From: a virus
DNA: 64,000 nucleotides
IMG/VR virus record: IMGVR_UViG_3300021963_000051
Location: 1-64,000 of that record
Strand: one strand, 5' to 3'
Positions 59,333-64,000 of this stretch are shown here, piece by piece. The first letter of the stretch is position 1. Each line of letters starts with the position of its first letter. Both the position numbers and the translations under genes were made by a program. Below the pieces are notes generated by a model. It was not told the origin of the DNA and did no database searches. It worked only from the letters and a program-made list of their open reading frames with translations.

Positions 59333-61021
59333 ATGCCAAAACTTTTAAGTGGATCAGTTCTGAGAACAGGAGGTAGCGGAGACTTTATTGATCTAGCTAA
59401 TTCTCAACCTCAACTGCCGGCTACTGAAACAACTGCTACAGGGTTTACTGTAGCAACTGATGGACTTCTAAGAACAACGTATAGATCAGCGTTAGGTTTC
59501 GTAGAATTTAGAACTGCTACAATTTGGAGTGGGTTGCCTGAGGGTACCATTAGAATAAATGCTACTGGTACAGCATTCTTATCAACAACCACAAGCACCG
59601 GAAATCTTGTAGTCCAAGGGGGTATAGGCGTAGGCGGTAATATGAGAATCGCCCGAGATATTACTGTAAACGGACTAACAATAGGACAGGGAATAGAAGG
59701 AAAAAATAATATTATTTTTAGAGGTACAGCTTCGGCTCAAGCAACTGCCTTTGAAGATGGACAAGAGTCAATAGCAATAGGCTATGATACATTAACTGGA
59801 TTAATAACAAGTTATAAAAATATTGCCATAGGAAGATATGCTTTAAGTTCAGGCTCAAATATTTCTAATACCATAGCTATCGGTGACAGTGCTCTACGCC
59901 TTATGGGTACAAATAATTATCCATTTTTAGCTACTGTTACTAATGTTACTAGAGTAAATTCAAGTACAATTACTGCTGCTACAAATGCTAGTCCTATAGT
60001 AGTAACTGCTGCTAGCCATGGTTTAACTACAGGTAGTCAAATATTAATTTCTAATGCTGTAGGTATGACCACAGCTACCGGTAGTGTCAGCGTTTTAAAC
60101 AATACCAAGTATTGGGTTAATGTATTAGATCCTAATTCTTTAGCCTTATATACAAATAAGTCTTTAACAATAGCTTCTAACGGGACTTCAACAACTGTTT
60201 TTGGTGTTTTATATACTCTTACCAGTTATGTAGGAAGTGGAACTATAATTAGTCCCACTCTTGTTACCTACACAGGCACAACAATTAATACCGGAAGTGG
60301 AGTGTACATTGACGGTATAAATGGTACAGTACAATTAAATCAACGTAATTTTTATGTTGATTATATAAATTCTAACACAGTAAGTCTTTTTCAAAACAGT
60401 ATTCTTCTTACACCAATAGATGGTAGCGGTTACACTGCCTATACGTCTAGTGGTACAATTTATCGTTATATTACCAATGATGATAATATTGCCATAGGTA
60501 ACGATGCTGCTAAAATTTTAGTTAATGGTAATGACAATTTCTTTTTTGGAAATAATGTTGCTGTAAACTTGACCACTGGTTCTAATAATACCATAATAGG
60601 TCATAATGTAGCCAATAACTTAACTAATGTAAACGGTACTATCGCACTAGGCGGTGATAATCTTGTTGATAATAGAGATAATCAAGTTAATATAGGTAGT
60701 GTATTTTATTATGATGGTAGAGGAAATACAGATTTAAACACAGACGTCCGTGCTGGACTAGGAACAGATAGCACTGGAACCAACTCAGGAGCAATGGTAA
60801 TACTAGGTGGGCTAGGTGTAGCCGGTAAAGTTTTTAGTCAAGGTAGTGGGGTAGCCGGAGAAGATTATGAATTATATACCCCAACGATAACTATAACAAC
60901 AGGTACAGCACCTGCAAATCCTAGACTAGGTGATGTTTGGATCAACACTGGAATATTTGCCTATCTTCAATATATACAGGATGGTACAAGCACCATTTGG
61001 TTACAAATTGTTCAACTATAA
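59333..61021 (+). CDS. Tail fibre/adhesin-like protein
   Basis: NIAIGxxAL (YadA-head-like) repeats, ITAATNASPIVVTAASHGL beta domain, GxLVVxGGxGV repeats. Confidence 0.7.
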   Translation: MPKLLSGSVLRTGGSGDFIDLANSQPQLPATETTATGFTVATDGLLRTTYRSALGFVEFRTATIWSGLPEGTIRINATGTAFLSTTTSTGNLVVQGGIGVGGNMRIARDITVNGLTIGQGIEGKNNIIFRGTASAQATAFEDGQESIAIGYDTLTGLITSYKNIAIGRYALSSGSNISNTIAIGDSALRLMGTNNYPFLATVTNVTRVNSSTITAATNASPIVVTAASHGLTTGSQILISNAVGMTTATGSVSVLNNTKYWVNVLDPNSLALYTNKSLTIASNGTSTTVFGVLYTLTSYVGSGTIISPTLVTYTGTTINTGSGVYIDGINGTVQLNQRNFYVDYINSNTVSLFQNSILLTPIDGSGYTAYTSSGTIYRYITNDDNIAIGNDAAKILVNGNDNFFFGNNVAVNLTTGSNNTIIGHNVANNLTNVNGTIALGGDNLVDNRDNQVNIGSVFYYDGRGNTDLNTDVRAGLGTDSTGTNSGAMVILGGLGVAGKVFSQGSGVAGEDYELYTPTITITTGTAPANPRLGDVWINTGIFAYLQYIQDGTSTIWLQIVQL

Positions 61022-61032
61022 TGAGATTATAA

Positions 61033-62070
61033 ATGGCACTATTTAATTTTCCCCCTAATCCTACTATAGGACAGACATATCAAGTAGGAAATAGAACTTA
61101 TGTATGGACTGGGTCAGCTTGGGTAATAGGCCCTAGTCCGACAAATTTTACTTCTGGTACTGGTGTAACATTGATTTTAACATCTACCACAAATGCTGTG
61201 GGTTTAAACACAGGTGGTACATTAACAGTTCTAGGTGGAGCTGCTATTTCAGGAGATTTATATCTCGGAGGTAGTTTAATAGGTATTAGTACAGGAACTG
61301 GTGGCGGAGCAGGAACTGTTAATGCAGGTACAGGAACGTTTACAAGAGTTTACATCAATGGAGGATTTCAATCCACAGGAACAAATAGCGGCGCATTACA
61401 AGTATTAGGAGGTGTGGGCATAAGTGGAAACCTTTGGATAGGCGGAATTTTATACTCTGCTGGTGCTCCGGTTTTAACAACTGCTAGCTTTAATGAAACT
61501 CTATTCGACGGTGTTGATATAGATATTACAGACATCGGGGGTGGAGTTTTGCAATTAAATAATATCTCAACTCTTCAATCTGTAACAGGCAGAGGTAATG
61601 CTACCAATAATGATGTAAGAATAACTGCTTCAACAATATCTACAGGTACAAACTCAGGTGCTTTAGTTGTCACAGGAGGTGTAGGAGTAGGTGGACGTAT
61701 CAATTCTGAAAGTCTTAAGATCGCTGATGCGGTTTATGATTCAACTGTCCAACTGGTAAATAGTACTGTCTTGACAGTAATAGATGAATTTAGTTTTAAC
61801 CAATTTAGATCTGCCAAGTATATGGTACAGGTCAGCGAAGGAAATTCTAGTACTCATAGATGTCAAATTACAGAATTATTAGCACTGGTCTCAAACACAG
61901 GTACAGTTATTTTAACAGAATATGCTACGATTAATACGGATGTAGATTTAGGTAATTTTGATGCATTGGTAACAGACACAGGAAGCGACATAGTTGTAAG
62001 ATTATATTTTTTAGCTACAGATAGTATTCCAAAAACAGTAAAAGTATTGAGGACTGCTATCGCCAAATAA
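61033..62070 (+). CDS. Fibre-like structural protein
   Basis: FPPNPTIGQTY...YVWTG..W head, STGTNSGAL.V.GGVG repeats, C-terminal FRSAKYMVQV domain. Confidence 0.7.
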   Translation: MALFNFPPNPTIGQTYQVGNRTYVWTGSAWVIGPSPTNFTSGTGVTLILTSTTNAVGLNTGGTLTVLGGAAISGDLYLGGSLIGISTGTGGGAGTVNAGTGTFTRVYINGGFQSTGTNSGALQVLGGVGISGNLWIGGILYSAGAPVLTTASFNETLFDGVDIDITDIGGGVLQLNNISTLQSVTGRGNATNNDVRITASTISTGTNSGALVVTGGVGVGGRINSESLKIADAVYDSTVQLVNSTVLTVIDEFSFNQFRSAKYMVQVSEGNSSTHRCQITELLALVSNTGTVILTEYATINTDVDLGNFDALVTDTGSDIVVRLYFLATDSIPKTVKVLRTAIAK

Positions 62071-62082
62071 AGGAAGTGGAGC

Positions 62083-64000
62083 ATGCCGATATTTTCGCAA
62101 AGTAGGGATTTCCTTACTAAAAATGGTATCATAACCGAAGGGACAGGTGAAGTAACTAGTTCAACAGGTAATACCAACGCAATTCAGTCAGCGGGCGGTA
62201 TTGCCGCAGCTAAAAATATCATAGTAGGCACCACGGCTACAATTTATGGTCCGTTAATAGTTAACAACTCAGCAACGCTAGGAAATACATTTGTAACATC
62301 TATCACAGCCACTAGTACTTCTGGATTCGTTGATTTATATGTAAGAGATATTACAGCTAGTGGAATTATTTTCGGAACCATTACAGGCAATATTAATACA
62401 GCTACTAATCTAGCGAATGGTTTAGCTGGACAACTTGTTTATCAAACCAACCCAGGTCAAACGGCCTTTGTTACTCGCGGTGCCACAGGCACTATTCTTA
62501 CCAGTAACTTTGCCGGTGCTCCCAGTTATAATGATTACCTAACATTGGCAAATGTTACAAATGCCAGTTCCACACTTACAGGAGCTTTACAGGTAAGAGG
62601 TGGGGCAGGGATTGGCCTTAATTTATATGTCGGTGGTGACTTATCTGTAAGCGGTGGTGACATAATTACAGATGCTACAACATTTAATCTTTTAAATGCC
62701 AATGCTACTACGATCAACTTCGGTGGTGCTGCTACCTCTTTAACAATTGGTAATACAACAGGTGAAACTACTGTTCGAAATAAATTTACAGTCAGTAATA
62801 TCACCAATGCTGCTTCTACAGTAACAGCAGCCCTGGTCGTTTCTGGTGGAGTTGGTATAGGTAGAGATCTTGTAGTAGGCGGAACCATATATGGAACTAT
62901 AAGCGGTATTATTACCACTGCCACATTTGCTCAAACTGCTCAAACTGCTACAAATATAGCAGGCGGTTCTGTAGGCAGCATACCTATCCAAACAGCAGCT
63001 GGGTTGACAGCACATATACCTTTAGGTGCTGTGGGATATGTTCTAACTGCCGCAGCCAGTACAGCTAGTTGGCAAAGTTTAGCAGGACTAAGTGCAGGCA
63101 GAGCCACCACATCAACTCATTTAGATCTAGGATCAGCTGGGCAAGTACCATTTCAAACTGGTGTGGGACTCACAGGCTTCACTGGGCCTGGTTTAGATGG
63201 AGAAATATTAGTTAGCAGAGGTGCTGTGGCTTCCGGTCCAGTATTTCAAAACACTCTTACACTAAACAGCACTATCGCAGCAAGTTCTACACAGACCGGT
63301 GCTTTACAGGTTAGAGGTGGTGTTGGCATAGCTCAAAATCTTTATGTAGGAGCTAATGCTAATATTGGCGGTACAGTTATTGTTAATAGTACAGCGTCTA
63401 GTACAGGCACAGGTAATAGTAATGCCCTGTATGTAGTAGGCGGTGCCTATATTGATAAAACATTAGTCGTAAAGGAGCAAGCAAGATTTGAAGGGGCTGT
63501 AGTTTTTGCCGGTACAGCCACATATGCCTATTCTACTGTTACAGTCTTTACAGATAATTTATTAAGTGTACACGCACCGTCAGGAACAACACCTCCTGAT
63601 CATACTTGGACACTAGACGATGGTAAAGACATTGGCCTATTGTTTCATTACTACAAAAGTGCCACAGATAAAGATGCCTTTTTAGGATTTAAGAACAGTT
63701 CCGGATTTTTAGAATGGTATGATAATGGTACAGAAAGTGGTGGTGTATTTACAGGTACTAGTTATGGTACTTTTAGAACAGGTGGAATACGACTTGTAGG
63801 CGGCAATGCCAATACAGAAAATACTACTTCTGGAGATCTACAGGTCCTGGGTGGAGTGGGTATTGGTGGTAAAATTTATGTAGGTAGTTCAGGAACATTC
63901 GCCGGTGATATATTACCCGCTTCTAATGGCACAGTAAACCTAGGTAGTCCAACAAGGCGATTTGGTACCTTATATGTTACAAGTTCTACATTAGATGTTG
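62083..64000 (+). CDS. Long fibre-like protein (partial, runs off the right edge; absent from the ORF track)
   Basis: Read by hand: MPIFSQSRDFLTKNGIITEG...; in-frame GALQVRGGVGI repeats at 62581, 63298 and 63832. Confidence 0.85.
   Translation, partial: MPIFSQSRDFLTKNGIITEGTGEVTSSTGNTNAIQSAGGIAAAKNIIVGTTATIYGPLIVNNSATLGNTFVTSITATSTSGFVDLYVRDITASGIIFGTITGNINTATNLANGLAGQLVYQTNPGQTAFVTRGATGTILTSNFAGAPSYNDYLTLANVTNASSTLTGALQVRGGAGIGLNLYVGGDLSVSGGDIITDATTFNLLNANATTINFGGAATSLTIGNTTGETTVRNKFTVSNITNAASTVTAALVVSGGVGIGRDLVVGGTIYGTISGIITTATFAQTAQTATNIAGGSVGSIPIQTAAGLTAHIPLGAVGYVLTAAASTASWQSLAGLSAGRATTSTHLDLGSAGQVPFQTGVGLTGFTGPGLDGEILVSRGAVASGPVFQNTLTLNSTIAASSTQTGALQVRGGVGIAQNLYVGANANIGGTVIVNSTASSTGTGNSNALYVVGGAYIDKTLVVKEQARFEGAVVFAGTATYAYSTVTVFTDNLLSVHAPSGTTPPDHTWTLDDGKDIGLLFHYYKSATDKDAFLGFKNSSGFLEWYDNGTESGGVFTGTSYGTFRTGGIRLVGGNANTENTTSGDLQVLGGVGIGGKIYVGSSGTFAGDILPASNGTVNLGSPTRRFGTLYVTSSTLDV

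Noticed and set aside
1-64000. Alternative genetic code or diversity-generating retroelement
   Set aside because: Genes are intact in code 11 and use TAA, TGA and TAG stops; no reverse transcriptase or adenine-variable repeat pair was seen.

Overview
This AT-rich 64 kb window (standard code 11) is the virion-morphogenesis region of a large myovirus distantly related to T4. The left arm (1-32.9 kb, minus strand) is a baseplate/tail operon: tube-initiator-like, gp53-like, hub, gp5-like spike with a GH19 lysozyme, gp25, gp6, a 4347-aa gp7-like wedge protein and fibre genes, one of them collagen-like. The centre (33-38.8 kb, plus strand) is an operon with sigma70-type promoters: gp55-like late sigma factor, gp47/gp46 (Mre11/Rad50), an Hc1-like histone protein, a SAM methyltransferase and a GIY-YIG nuclease. 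It is followed directly by a ~410-nt GC-rich, densely structured non-coding element. Then come two probable internal head proteins, a gp26-like chaperone with an apparent -1 frameshift extension, tape measure, portal, core, protease, scaffold, major capsid and large fibre/appendage genes. A TAAATA late-promoter motif precedes most structural genes. Top leads: (1) the GIY-YIG gene plus large structured ncRNA candidate, which contains a 50-nt-period GTGTGAC-N10-AGATGAT duplicated module; (2) seven phycobiliprotein-like Cys-x-Arg-Asp repeats in a 2352-aa virion protein; (3) a G/GT-type frameshift; (4) the same DUF4214-like domain inserted in two baseplate proteins; (5) probable leaderless late mRNAs. 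All homology calls come from motif recognition by eye; no searches were run.
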